A stretch of DNA of 64,000 nt, from the NCBI GenBank assembly GCA_963789405.1, contig CAWBKL010000003.1, positions 613,452-677,451 on the forward strand, read 5' to 3'. Position 1 is the first letter of the stretch, and every line of letters starts with the position of its first letter. The notes under the pieces are model-generated. The model had not been told where the DNA came from. It did no database searches and saw nothing but the letters and a program-made list of their open reading frames with translations. This document shows, piece after piece, positions 10,355 through 19,735 of the stretch. The DNA comes from an uncultured Alphaproteobacteria bacterium. Lineage in GTDB: Bacteria > Pseudomonadota > Alphaproteobacteria > CAWBKL01. A program made the position numbers and the translations under genes.

Positions 10355-10612
10355 ATGGTAACTATGCCAACCGACTCGGAGCTGATCGATCTGATTGCTG
10401 CCGAAACACTCAAAGACCGGTCGGTCCTCAAACTCGATTCAACGCTTGAGCAAATCGACATCGATTCAGTTGACCTCGTCAGCATGTTCTTCGCGCTCGA
10501 AGACAAGTATGGCGTCCATGTTCAATATGAAGAGGTATCGAGAGATCAAACGCTCGGCACCGTGCTTGGGCTTGTGCGGGACAAGATCAAACAACAAGCT
10601 GACCAGGCGTGA
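10355..10612 (+). CDS. Acyl carrier protein (accessory)
   Basis: 85-aa acidic protein with the phosphopantetheine motif IDSVD...FALEDKYG. Its stop overlaps the start of the ketosynthase. Confidence 0.88.
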   Translation: MVTMPTDSELIDLIAAETLKDRSVLKLDSTLEQIDIDSVDLVSMFFALEDKYGVHVQYEEVSRDQTLGTVLGLVRDKIKQQADQA

Positions 10613-11841
10613 TCACATCATCGCAGCTGCCGGTCGTTACGGGCCTTGGAGCGATCTCGCCGCTCGGCCTTGATGCCGCAAACTGTTGGGAAAATGCCCG
10701 GCAGGGCCATTGCGCGATAAAGCGCGAGCTTATCGACCCCGGCGAACATGGCCCTTCACCCTTCGAGATCTTGGTTGCGCGCGTTCCCGGAGACGCTCTT
10801 GCACATCTGGAAGGCTTGCTTGAGCGCAAAGTCGGCGACTTGCTCGATCCTTTCGCGTTGTTCGCTTTGGCCGCCGCAGCGGAGGCTATCAAGCACGCCG
10901 GGCTCGGCGAGAATACGTTAAGCCAAGCCGCAATCATTTTCGGTCACGGAATGGGCGGCCTGCAGACGCTGGAGCGTGGCTTCGAACGGTTTTACGGGCG
11001 CAAGACATCGCGTGTTCACCCGCTCACGGTGCCGCGCTGCATGGTCAGTGCCCCGGTTAGCGCGATTGCAATGGAATTCGGCATTCGCGGCCCCGCCTTC
11101 GCTATCTCAAGCGCGTGCTCTTCGTCCGGTCATGCGATCGCGCAAGCGGCTCTGCTTATCGCCTCTGGGCTCGCCGAGGTCGCAATCGTCGGTGGCTCCG
11201 AGGCAATCGCAACGCCGGCCTGTCTTGCGGCTTGGGACAATTTGCGGGCGATCAGCCCGACGGCGTGCCGGCCCTTCTCGGTCGGCCGGGACGGCATGGC
11301 AATCGGCGAAGGCGCCGCAGCCATTGTTCTTGAGTCGCCCGAACATGCGCGCTCGCGCGGTGCGAACATTATTGCCAGACTTGTCGGGGTTGGCATGTCG
11401 TCGGACGCAGCTCACATCACGCAGCCGGCAAAGGCAGGCGCTATCGCGGCAATGCGCGGCGCATGCGAGATGGCGGGCATCCTCGATCGAGAGAATTTGC
11501 TCATCTCGGCGCACGGCACGGGAACACCGCTCAATGATGCCAATGAGAGCCAGGCTATCTTGGAGCTGTTTGGCGCGCACGCGGCGACGCATCCGGTCAT
11601 TGCGACCAAGAGCGCGCACGGACATCTGATTGGGGCGTCGGCTGCGCTTCAAACCGTGATTGGTCTATTTGCTCTCAAACAAAAGACGGCACCACCCATT
11701 CTGAATTTTCGTGGCCCTGATTCAGAATGTCCGCTCAACCTTGTCACTGGAAGCGCCCAGCAAATCGCATGCGATACGCTGCTCGTTAATTCATTCGCTT
11801 TTGGTGGGCTTAATGCGTCACTGGCCTTGACGCTCGGCTGA
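10609..11841 (+). CDS. Beta-ketoacyl-ACP synthase II family (FabF/NodE-like)
   Basis: VVTGLGAISPLG, catalytic SAC, AHGTGT, KSAHGH, GEGA, NSFAFGG. AWDNLRAISPTACRPFS recalls NodE-type enzymes. Confidence 0.9.
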   Translation: MITSSQLPVVTGLGAISPLGLDAANCWENARQGHCAIKRELIDPGEHGPSPFEILVARVPGDALAHLEGLLERKVGDLLDPFALFALAAAAEAIKHAGLGENTLSQAAIIFGHGMGGLQTLERGFERFYGRKTSRVHPLTVPRCMVSAPVSAIAMEFGIRGPAFAISSACSSSGHAIAQAALLIASGLAEVAIVGGSEAIATPACLAAWDNLRAISPTACRPFSVGRDGMAIGEGAAAIVLESPEHARSRGANIIARLVGVGMSSDAAHITQPAKAGAIAAMRGACEMAGILDRENLLISAHGTGTPLNDANESQAILELFGAHAATHPVIATKSAHGHLIGASAALQTVIGLFALKQKTAPPILNFRGPDSECPLNLVTGSAQQIACDTLLVNSFAFGGLNASLALTLG

Positions 11842-11928
11842 GCGCTGTGTCGGATGGGCGGGTCGAGGGTGAACGGGCTGGGCTTGCGATAAAGGACAGA
11901 TGGATTGCTGGAGGGGCCAGGGCGGGCT

Positions 11929-12004
<76 letters not shown>

Positions 12005-12133
12005 AGGCCGCGCCTTTCTTCTACGGCAGCAAAACCCTGTCAAGCGCCCACCCTGCCCACGGCTTTGGTCCGCCCACGGGTTGCCCCGCCGGGCGCCCTC
12101 GCGTAAAGCTCGGCCCGCGACCGGAGGCCCCGC

Positions 12134-12427
12134 ATGCAAGCACTGCTTTGGCTGATCCTGCAGATCATCAATATCTATCTATTCGTCATCTTCGTGAGCG
12201 TGGTTCTGTCGTGGCTGGTTGCCTTCGACGTGATCAATCTGCGCAACCGGATCGTCTATATGATCTACGATGTCACGAACCGGCTGACGCAGCCGCTCTA
12301 CCGGCCGATCCAGCGGATTCTGCCCAATCTCGGCGGGCTCGATCTCTCGCCCATGGTCGTCATCCTGCTGCTGTTGTTCCTGCAGCGCTTCATCCCCGAG
12401 ATGTTCATCAGATTCGGCTTGCTGTGA
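12134..12427 (+). CDS. yggT: YggT family membrane protein
   Basis: LSWLVAFDVIN, TQPLYRPIQRILP, GGLDLSPMV. Confidence 0.92.
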   Translation: MQALLWLILQIINIYLFVIFVSVVLSWLVAFDVINLRNRIVYMIYDVTNRLTQPLYRPIQRILPNLGGLDLSPMVVILLLLFLQRFIPEMFIRFGLL

Positions 12428-12756
12428 GCCCTGCCGCCCGCGGCTGGTTCGAGCCGAGGGAAGGGGGTGTGCGCCTATTCGTCAGGGTTTCGCCCCGCGC
12501 CAGCCGGGATAGAATAGAAGCCGTTGAGCGCGATGCCGCCGGCCAAGAACGCCTGCGCATCCGCGTGACGGCTCCGCCCGACAAGGGCGAGGCCAACAAC
12601 CGTGTGATCGAGCTTCTCGCGAAAGCCTTGGGCATCGCGAAGTCTTCGGTGGCCGTGCGCCAGGGCGCGCATGATCGAAACAAATGCCTCGAGATTGCAG
12701 GCGATAGACAAGAGCTGATGGCGTCCCTTCGAACGCTCACAGGAGAGGAAATATGA
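12424..12756 (+). CDS. DUF167 (YggU/UPF0235) family protein
   Basis: VRVSPRASR...[28 protein letters not shown] start at 12424 overlaps the yggT stop. Confidence 0.88.
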   Translation: MSPAARGWFEPREGGVRLFVRVSPRASRDRIEAVERDAAGQERLRIRVTAPPDKGEANNRVIELLAKALGIAKSSVAVRQGAHDRNKCLEIAGDRQELMASLRTLTGEEI

Positions 12757-13646
12757 CGGAAACCAAGCGCATCGACGGCAAGGCATTCGCCGCCAAGGTT
12801 TACGAAGACATTCGCAAGACGGTCGAGGTGCTGAAAACCAAGCACAATCTGCAGCCCGGGCTTGCGGTGGTGCTGGTGGGCGAGGACCCAGCCAGCGAGG
12901 TTTATGTAGCGAGCAAGGGCAAGAACACGCGCGAAGTCGGCATGAAGTCGATCGAGCTCAAGCTGCCGGCGTCGATCAGCGAGGCCGATCTTCTCAAAGA
13001 GGTCGCCAAGCTCAATGCCGATAAATCCGTACACGGAATTATCGTGCAAATGCCGCTCCCGAAGCACATCAATTCCAACAATGTGATTTTGGCGATCGAC
13101 CCCGACAAGGATGTCGATGGGCTGTCGCCGATCAATGGCGGGCGCATTATGGCGCAGCTGCCGGGTCTCGTGCCGTGCACGCCGCAAGGCTCGCTGATGC
13201 TGATCAAATCGGTTCAGCCGAAATTGGCGGGCCTCGATGCCATGGTGATCGGCCGCTCGATTTTGTTCGGCAAGCCAATGGGCCAGCTACTTCTTAATGA
13301 GAGTTGCACGGTGACGATGGCGCACTCCAAAACCAAGGATATCGCGGCCAAAGCGCGCCAAATGGATATTCTTGTGGCTGCGGTCGGCGTGCAGCACATG
13401 GTCAAGGGCGATTGGATCAAGCCGGGTGCGATCGTCATCGATGTCGGCATCACGCGTTTGCCCAAAGAGGGCGGTGGTACGCGCCTTGTCGGCGATGTCG
13501 ATACGCAGGCGGCGATGGGGATTGCCGCTGCGATCACGCCGGTGCCGGGCGGCGTTGGGCCGATGACGGTGGCTTGTCTCATCCGCAATGCCGCTATTGC
13601 CGCGTGCTTGCAGAACGGCATCGACCGCGCTTCCGTCGGGCTCTGA
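12753..13646 (+). CDS. folD: Methylenetetrahydrofolate dehydrogenase/cyclohydrolase
   Basis: [37 protein letters not shown]. Confidence 0.97.
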   Translation: MTETKRIDGKAFAAKVYEDIRKTVEVLKTKHNLQPGLAVVLVGEDPASEVYVASKGKNTREVGMKSIELKLPASISEADLLKEVAKLNADKSVHGIIVQMPLPKHINSNNVILAIDPDKDVDGLSPINGGRIMAQLPGLVPCTPQGSLMLIKSVQPKLAGLDAMVIGRSILFGKPMGQLLLNESCTVTMAHSKTKDIAAKARQMDILVAAVGVQHMVKGDWIKPGAIVIDVGITRLPKEGGGTRLVGDVDTQAAMGIAAAITPVPGGVGPMTVACLIRNAAIAACLQNGIDRASVGL

Positions 13647-14188
13647 TGACGCAATATGCGTGCTTTCTGCGCAGCATCAATGTCGGCGGGAAGAACAAGA
13701 TCAAGATGGCCGAGCTCAATGCGCTGCTCACTGGGCTCGGCTTTTCAAAGCCTCAAACACTGCTTCAAAGCGGCAATGCCTTGTTCGAAGCCAAGGGAAG
13801 CGCGAGCGCGTTTGAGAAGAAGATCAGCGCCGCAATCGAAAAGAGCCACGGCTTCGCGCCCGCCATCATGCTGCGTACGGTCGATGAGCTGAAGGCGAGC
13901 TTAGCTGCCAATCCATTCAAGAAGGAAGCGAAGGCTGACCCTGCACATCTGTTGATTATGTTTCTCGCGGGAAATCCCAAAGCTGATGCGAAGAAAGCAC
14001 TGACTGCGCTCGATATCGCGCCGGAAGCCGTTTCGCTTGGTACGCGCGAAGTCTATCTGTGGTATCCGCACGGCATCGGCACATCGAAAAAGCTCGCGCG
14101 TGTACCGCTTGAGAAAATTCTCGGCACAAGCGGCACAGCGCGCAACATCCGCACGCTCCAAGCGCTTCTCGAATTGGCTGAAGCTTAG
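13646..14188 (+). CDS. DUF1697 family protein
   Basis: [18 protein letters not shown]...TLLQSGN...TARNIRT. Confidence 0.85.
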   Translation: MTQYACFLRSINVGGKNKIKMAELNALLTGLGFSKPQTLLQSGNALFEAKGSASAFEKKISAAIEKSHGFAPAIMLRTVDELKASLAANPFKKEAKADPAHLLIMFLAGNPKADAKKALTALDIAPEAVSLGTREVYLWYPHGIGTSKKLARVPLEKILGTSGTARNIRTLQALLELAEA

Positions 14189-15362
14189 GGTGTGGTCTCG
14201 GAAGCGAGCGCGGCGCGGCGGGCGGAGGCGCGCTCTTTGATGCTTTCAGAGCGCAGCTGGCCGCACGCCGCCATGATGTCGCGTCCGCGCGGCGTGCGCA
14301 CCGGCGAGGCATAGCCGGCATGGTTGACGATCTCGGCGAAGGTTTCGATCGTCTCCCAATCCGAGCATTCATACGGCGCGCCCGGCCACGGATTGAACGG
14401 GATCAGATTGATTTTCGCCGGAATGCCCGAAAGCAGCTTCACCAGCGCGCGCGCATCCGCGGGCAAATCATTCACGCCCTTCAGCATGACATATTCGAAG
14501 GTGATGCGCCGCGCATTGGTGGCGCCGGGAAAGTCGCGGCACGCTTTCAAAAGCTCCGCAAGCGGATATTTCTTGTTGAGCGGCACAAGCCGATCGCGGA
14601 TGTCATCTTTCACTGCGTGCAGTGAAACAGCGAGCATCACGCCAATCTCAGTTGGCGATGCGCGGCATTTCCGGCACGACACCTGATGTCGAGATGCGTG
14701 ATGCGGCGCTTGGAGAAGCGCGATGCCTTCGCCATCGGCAGCAATCGAGCAGCGCGGCTTTGCACATTGTCGAAATTGTACAAGGGCTCGCCCATGCCCA
14801 TCATGACGATGTTGGTGATGCGCCGCTCATCGCGCTTCTCGCCGGGCTTGGGCCAATCCTCAAGATCGTCGCGCGCGATCAGGATCTGCTGAAGGATCTC
14901 CTCCGCGGTCAGATTGCGCACGAGCTTCTGTGTGCCGGTATGGCAGAAGCTGCAATTGAGCGTGCAGCCGATCTGGCTGGAGATGCACAGCGTGCCGCGA
15001 TCCGCTTCGGGAATGAACACCGTCTCGGCCTCCACGGGCGCGGAGCGCCCAACTAAATTGTCGGCGGCTCCGCCGCCGTTAGGCCCGAAACGGATCAGCC
15101 ATTTACGCGTGCCGTCGGCGGAAATCTGGCGGCCGGTCACCTCGGGGCGGGCGATGGTGAAGCGCTCGGCCATGTCGCGGCGAAAATCCTTGGCCAGGTT
15201 CGACATCTCGGCGAAGTCGCTTGCGCCGCGTGCGTAGATCCAGTTCCACAGCTGGGCGACGCGCATCTTGACGGCCTTTTCGGCAACGCCGGCCTGGGCG
15301 AGCGCGGCACCAAGCTCCTCGCGCGAAAGGCCGATCAGGCTCGATGGAATGGGGTTTGCCAT
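14185..15362 (-). CDS. rlmN: 23S rRNA m2A2503 / tRNA methyltransferase (frameshifts around 14640-14760)
   Basis: [21 protein letters not shown] radical-SAM motif, [33 protein letters not shown]. Confidence 0.95.
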
Positions 15363-15410
15363 GCGCGAGAGATACGAGACGGCGCCTGCGCGTCAAGTGC
15401 CGGCCAATGC

Positions 15411-15785
15411 TCAGCGCCGGGCGCGGCGCAGAAAGAGGAATGAGCCTGCCGACAGCATAGCAAGAGCGCCTGCGGCGCCGGCTATGGCTACAATTGGGTT
15501 GTGCGCGCCGGCCGCGCCTGCGAAGGCCGCGGCAGTGACGGCGAAGAGCGCCGGCAGAAACCGACGCGGCTCAGCGGTGCGATACGCTGCCAAGGCGAGC
15601 CCGCTGCAAGCAATCAGAGCGCCAAAGATGGCTATGAGGCGCGCGATGTCGTCCGGCGGCAAGGGCCGGCCCGCGAGGCTCAGTTTGGGAATTTGCGCGC
15701 CGAAGCGGAGCGCCAGGAATCCGGCGAGAACGGCCGCCAAGAGGCCCACAATCACGATCAGAAGCTTTCGCCCGTTATGTGACAT
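15411..15785 (-). CDS. Hypothetical membrane protein (about 4 hydrophobic segments)
   Basis: 124-aa ORF with alternating hydrophobic stretches, co-oriented with rlmN. No family recognised. Confidence 0.55.
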   Translation of the reverse strand: MSHNGRKLLIVIVGLLAAVLAGFLALRFGAQIPKLSLAGRPLPPDDIARLIAIFGALIACSGLALAAYRTAEPRRFLPALFAVTAAAFAGAAGAHNPIVAIAGAAGALAMLSAGSFLFLRRARR

Positions 15786-15837
15786 GCCGACAGCCTAGGG
15801 GCCGCCAGGCTCAATCGCAAATATTGCCGCCGGCTGC

Positions 15838-15909
15838 GGATCCCCGCCTGCGCGGGGGACGCCCCTGCTCATGCGTGTTTGACTGGATCCCCGCCTGCGC
15901 GGGGATGAC
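15838..15909. repeat. Two direct copies of a palindromic REP-like unit GGATCCCCGCCTGCGCGGGG(G)A
   Basis: Copies at 15838-15860 and 15885-15909. Each folds as TCCCCGC/GCGGGGA, and the second ends in GGGGATGAC. Confidence 0.75.
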
Positions 15910-15926
15910 CCCCGCTCACGCAAGGG

Positions 15927-16454
15927 TCATTTGCAGTCGGCGATCTTGTCGAGCGCGGCGCTGATGCCGGCGAGCGAATAGCGATCGGTCGATTTCGTTC
16001 CATGCGTGGATTCGCCCGAGATCGTCATGATCGCGCCCTTGCGCATGGCATCGGTGAGCTTCTTGTCGCCGTCCTCAGTGTCCATCCAGGCGCCGTCACC
16101 CTGCACGAACATCTCGAAACTGTCGTTGCCGACCTTGATCTTGACGCGATGGTCGGTCGCCAGCGGATAGCCCATGATGAGCGATGGCTGCAGAGCCTTG
16201 TTGGGCCAGTTGGTCACCAGGAAGAAGGGATCGCCGCGCGCGGCGGTCTTATCCGAAAGCGATGCGGATCTCGGCTCCGAGACGACGAAGCAGACCGTGC
16301 GATTCTGGTCCTGCATCGAATAGGCCGCCCAGTCCTTGTATTTGCCGATCAGCTTCGGCGACGGCGTGGTCGCTCCGAATGCCGAAGCGATCGAAAGAGC
16401 GCCCACCACAAAAGTCAGCGCCAATGAGTGAAATATGCGGGTTGTGGAAAACAT
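15927..16454 (-). CDS. Invasion-associated locus B (IalB)-like exported protein
   Basis: Signal peptide, then KYKDWAAY...CFVVSEP...AMRKGA...TDRYSLAGISAAL..C. Start at MFSTT (16454). Confidence 0.75.
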   Translation of the reverse strand: MFSTTRIFHSLALTFVVGALSIASAFGATTPSPKLIGKYKDWAAYSMQDQNRTVCFVVSEPRSASLSDKTAARGDPFFLVTNWPNKALQPSLIMGYPLATDHRVKIKVGNDSFEMFVQGDGAWMDTEDGDKKLTDAMRKGAIMTISGESTHGTKSTDRYSLAGISAALDKIADCK

Positions 16455-16516
16455 TGTGGTGCCCCGTTCTAAACGCAACCGCCCCCCGGTCCCCAACGCT
16501 AACGCGCTGACAAACT

Positions 16517-16535
16517 ATGGTAAAACAAATGTTAA
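16517..16535 (-). promoter_or_regulatory. Candidate CtrA-type site
   Basis: Reverse strand TTAA-CATTTGT-TTTACCAT, one mismatch from TTAA-N7-TTAAC, upstream of the IalB-like gene. Confidence 0.35.
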
Positions 16536-16571
16536 GAGAGGGTTGCCGCCCTTTAAGTTTTGTTCCCCTGA

Positions 16572-17109
16572 TTATTCTGCGGGCCTGCGCCGCTGGCGCA
16601 CCGCCCCACGCACATGTGGCTCTAACACCTCGCCTGAGGCGCCGTCATGCAGCGGCCGCGTCGCAAAACGGCCGAGCGCCAAGAGCCTGTCATACATCAC
16701 GATAGCGCCCGCAACACCGACATTCACACAGAATCTTGGTCGGTATCTTGACGATGTGATCGCAGCGGTCGGTGAGTTCTGGGGAAAGACTGCCGCGCTC
16801 GGGCCCCAGCACATAGGCGGCCTGCAGCGGATGCTTGAAGCTCGGTAATTCGGTTGCCTCGTCCAACAGCTCGAGGCCGACAAGCTTGCAGCCTTGCGGC
16901 AGCTTGATCTCAGCGCTCGATTGCCAAGTGTAGGACGGCAGGTGCGATTGCCCATGCGAGGTGTCAGAAGGCGCGGTTTTAAAGGCGGTGTGGTGCGGGC
17001 GCACCCAGAAGACGAAGCTTGCGCCGAAAGCATGTGCCGAGCGGAACAGATTGCCGACATTCATCGGCTTTGAGATACCTTCAACGCCGATGCCGAAATA
17101 GCCGCGCAT
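16572..17109 (-). CDS. TrmH/SpoU family RNA methyltransferase (frameshift near 16735)
   Basis: SKPMNVGNLFRSAHAFGA, YVLGPERGSL, VKIP / FCVNVGVAGAIVMYDR. Confidence 0.88.
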
Positions 17110-17128
17110 TTTGGGGTTCGAGCCGGTC

Positions 17129-18196
17129 ATGGAGCATGAAACGCCGCAAGATGGTGCCGCTCGTCAAGGGGCGGGCGCAAATCCCGTGCTGGTGCGCGAA
17201 TCCCGCGGCGGCTGGATCGAGTCGTTCCATCGCGGTGCCTTCGCCGTGGCCGATGCACAAGGGTGCATCCTCGCTTCGCTCGGCGATATCGAGCGCAAGG
17301 TATTTCCCAGGTCCGCAATCAAGCTCATCCAAGCACTGCCCTTGGTCGAGAGCGGCGCGGCGGCGGCTTATGGGCTTTCCGAGATCGAGCTGGCGCTTGC
17401 CTGCGCGTCGCATGGCGGCGAGCCGCCCCATGTCTCGGCTGTCGAAGCCTGGCTTAAGCGAATTGGCTGCACCGAGAGGGATCTGGATTGCGGGCCGCAC
17501 ATGCCTTCATACCAGCCCGCAGCGCAGGCGCTGGTGCGCGCCGGGCAAGCGGCAAGGCGCGTGCACAATAATTGCTCCGGCAAGCACACTGGCTTTCTGA
17601 CGCTTGCCAAGCATTTGAATGCGCCGATCGCCGGTTATGACGCGCCATCGCATCCGGTGCAGCAGCGCGTTATCGCGGCGTTATCGGAGCTGAGCAGTGT
17701 TGCGTCATCGGACTTTGAGATCGGTATCGATGGTTGCGGCGCGCCCAATTTCGCAATGCCGCTCGGCGCGCTTGCGACCGCGTTCGCGCGCGTTGCCGAC
17801 CCTGCTTCCCTAGCCCGCGCGCGGCGGGCGGCGATCTTGCGTTTGCGCGCTGCCGTAAAAGCGAAGCCTTTCTATCTCGCCGGCACCGCAAGGCTCTGTA
17901 CACGGATCATCGAATCCGGAGCCGATGTGATCCCGAAGACCGGGGCCGAAGGCGTTTATGTCGCTTCGCTGCCGTCATTGAAACTCGGCCTTGCGCTCAA
18001 GATCGATGATGGTGCGCGCGCATCCGCGCAGTGTCTCGTCATTGCCTTGCTCGTCGGACTGGGTGCAATCGCTGCCGATGCGCCGCTGGCGCGCGAACTT
18101 CTCGATCAGCCGATCATGAACACGCAAAACAAGATTGTCGGCGCGCGCCGGCCCGACATGGAAAGTATCGCTGCGGCGCTAAGCGCTGTCGGCTGA
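17129..18196 (+). CDS. L-asparaginase II (Rhizobium AnsA type)
   Basis: ESFHRG, FPRSAIK, ASH, NNCSGKH, DGCGAP, KTGAEGV, KIDDG. Confidence 0.9.
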   Translation: MEHETPQDGAARQGAGANPVLVRESRGGWIESFHRGAFAVADAQGCILASLGDIERKVFPRSAIKLIQALPLVESGAAAAYGLSEIELALACASHGGEPPHVSAVEAWLKRIGCTERDLDCGPHMPSYQPAAQALVRAGQAARRVHNNCSGKHTGFLTLAKHLNAPIAGYDAPSHPVQQRVIAALSELSSVASSDFEIGIDGCGAPNFAMPLGALATAFARVADPASLARARRAAILRLRAAVKAKPFYLAGTARLCTRIIESGADVIPKTGAEGVYVASLPSLKLGLALKIDDGARASAQCLVIALLVGLGAIAADAPLARELLDQPIMNTQNKIVGARRPDMESIAAALSAVG

Positions 18197-18607
18197 AGGA
18201 TTGGATTTGAGCAGCGCCGCGCGCGCTTGCTCGCGATGGCGCTCTTTGATGTGGCTGCCGACAATACCGATCGCGGTTGCTAAAACCGTGGCATCGTCGG
18301 TAAAGCCGAACCCCGCAATGAAGTCGGGAATCAAATCGGTCGGCAAAATGAAATAGGCGAGCGCGGCCAACAGCACGGCGCGCACGCGCACAGGCGTCTG
18401 CCGGTCCATCGCGCAGTAATAGCAGGCGACAAGCTCCTCGCTGAACGGGATCCTGCCGATGAAGCGTCTGAGCTTTACCCAGAAGCGCTCGCGGACATAG
18501 CTTTCGTTGCGCGCGATGACGACGGGCAAATGCATTTCCTCAGCGAGCCACTCGCGTTCGGGAATGCCGGTCTCGTCGGTTCCGGCGGTCAATGAAATGT
18601 CAGCCAA
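18179..18607 (-). CDS. YkvA/DUF1232 family protein
   Basis: RAVLLAALAYFILPTDLIPDFIAGFGFTDD. Confidence 0.88.
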   Translation of the reverse strand: MADISLTAGTDETGIPEREWLAEEMHLPVVIARNESYVRERFWVKLRRFIGRIPFSEELVACYYCAMDRQTPVRVRAVLLAALAYFILPTDLIPDFIAGFGFTDDATVLATAIGIVGSHIKERHREQARAALLKSNPSADSA

Positions 18608-18769
18608 GTCAAAAGAGCTGCGGCGATCAGCAGGGCAAGAACGATATCAAGCCGCGCCCCGACCAAGAGCGTCTTGCGAATCCGGCGCGTCCAAATGGCT
18701 CCACTCATGCTCGACCTCATAAGGCGCATGGCCCATGAATATTGGGCTTCCCAAGAGCGGCTGCAAGGC

Positions 18770-19060
18770 TCAGCGGGCGAAGGCGTCCATGGCCTCTGCC
18801 AGCTTGATGTCCTTTTTGGTCACCCCGCCGGCGTCATGGGTGGCGAGCGTCACCTCTACGGTCTTGTAAACATTCGACCATTCCGGGTGGTGGTCCATTT
18901 TCTCGGCCAACAGCGCAATGCGGCTCATCCAGCCGAAGGCTTCATTGAAATCCTTGAAGCTGAAGGTCTTGGTGATGGCATCGCGCCCCTGGACCTCATG
19001 CCACCCCGCAAGTTTCTTAAGCGCGCTCTGACGATCGGCGCCGGTCAGCGGCTTGGCCAT
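18770..19060 (-). CDS. phhB: Pterin-4-alpha-carbinolamine dehydratase
   Basis: [10 protein letters not shown]...[14 protein letters not shown]...THDAGGVT. Confidence 0.93.
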   Translation of the reverse strand: MAKPLTGADRQSALKKLAGWHEVQGRDAITKTFSFKDFNEAFGWMSRIALLAEKMDHHPEWSNVYKTVEVTLATHDAGGVTKKDIKLAEAMDAFAR

Positions 19061-19100
19061 CTTGTCCTCCCATGGCTTGCCGCGCCGAGGCTATGCCGCC

Positions 19101-19193
19101 TCAGGCGGCAAATCCAATCACCACGGCAAAGGCGAGAAGCACGATCCCGCCGGTCACCAGCTCTGACAGGGAAAGAAGCGCGTTTTTCAGCAT
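19101..19193 (-). CDS. Candidate 30-aa single-TM small protein (below the ORF-track cutoff)
   Basis: Manual translation MLKNALLSLSELVTGGIVLLAFAVVIGFAA*. RBS GGAGGT lies 4 nt before the ATG. Co-oriented with and 40 bp upstream of phhB. Confidence 0.6.
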   Translation of the reverse strand: MLKNALLSLSELVTGGIVLLAFAVVIGFAA

Positions 19194-19269
19194 GATTACC
19201 TCCACCACCTCTGTTAAGTGCGCGCGCGGCAGAAGGTTGCAATGTGTGCATCATCACGCTGGGTGAAAC

Positions 19270-19284
19270 TTGTAACCGTTACAA
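19270..19284. promoter_or_regulatory. Perfect 7-1-7 palindrome TTGTAAC-C-GTTACAA, candidate operator
   Basis: Read directly. AT-rich dyad in the divergent intergenic region, 46 bp upstream of the zincin gene. Confidence 0.5.
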
Positions 19285-19330
19285 CATCCGCCCTTCGGGA
19301 GAGGCACTCGGCGCTGCTATAAGCGGGGGC

Positions 19331-19735
19331 ATGATTTGGGCGGATGAAGAGGCGCCGAGCCTTGATCAGTTCGAGGCGCTGGCGCGCGAGTGCTTTGCCA
19401 GGTTGCCGGGGGAGTTTCGCCAGCTTGTGGCCGATGTCCTCATGCGCATCGAAGATTTCCCCAGCGAGGCGGTCTGCGCCGATATGGGTATCGAAAGCCC
19501 GTTCGAGCTCACCGGGCTCTATCAAGGCATAGACCTCACGCACAAAAGCTTCGGCAATATCGCCAAAGAGCCCGACATGATCTTCCTCTATCGCCGGCCG
19601 ATCCTCGATGAATGGGCCGATGGCGGCGTCACTCTTCGTGAACTGATCACGCACATACTGGTCCACGAGATCGGCCACCATTTTGGCCTCACCGACGAGG
19701 CGATGCAGGAAACACTGGAGAGCGAGCGCGAATGA
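19331..19735 (+). CDS. Minimal zincin metallopeptidase (Zincin_1 family)
   Basis: ELTGLYQG, IFLYRRPI, HILVHEIGHHFGL (HExxH). Confidence 0.88.
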   Translation: MIWADEEAPSLDQFEALARECFARLPGEFRQLVADVLMRIEDFPSEAVCADMGIESPFELTGLYQGIDLTHKSFGNIAKEPDMIFLYRRPILDEWADGGVTLRELITHILVHEIGHHFGLTDEAMQETLESERE

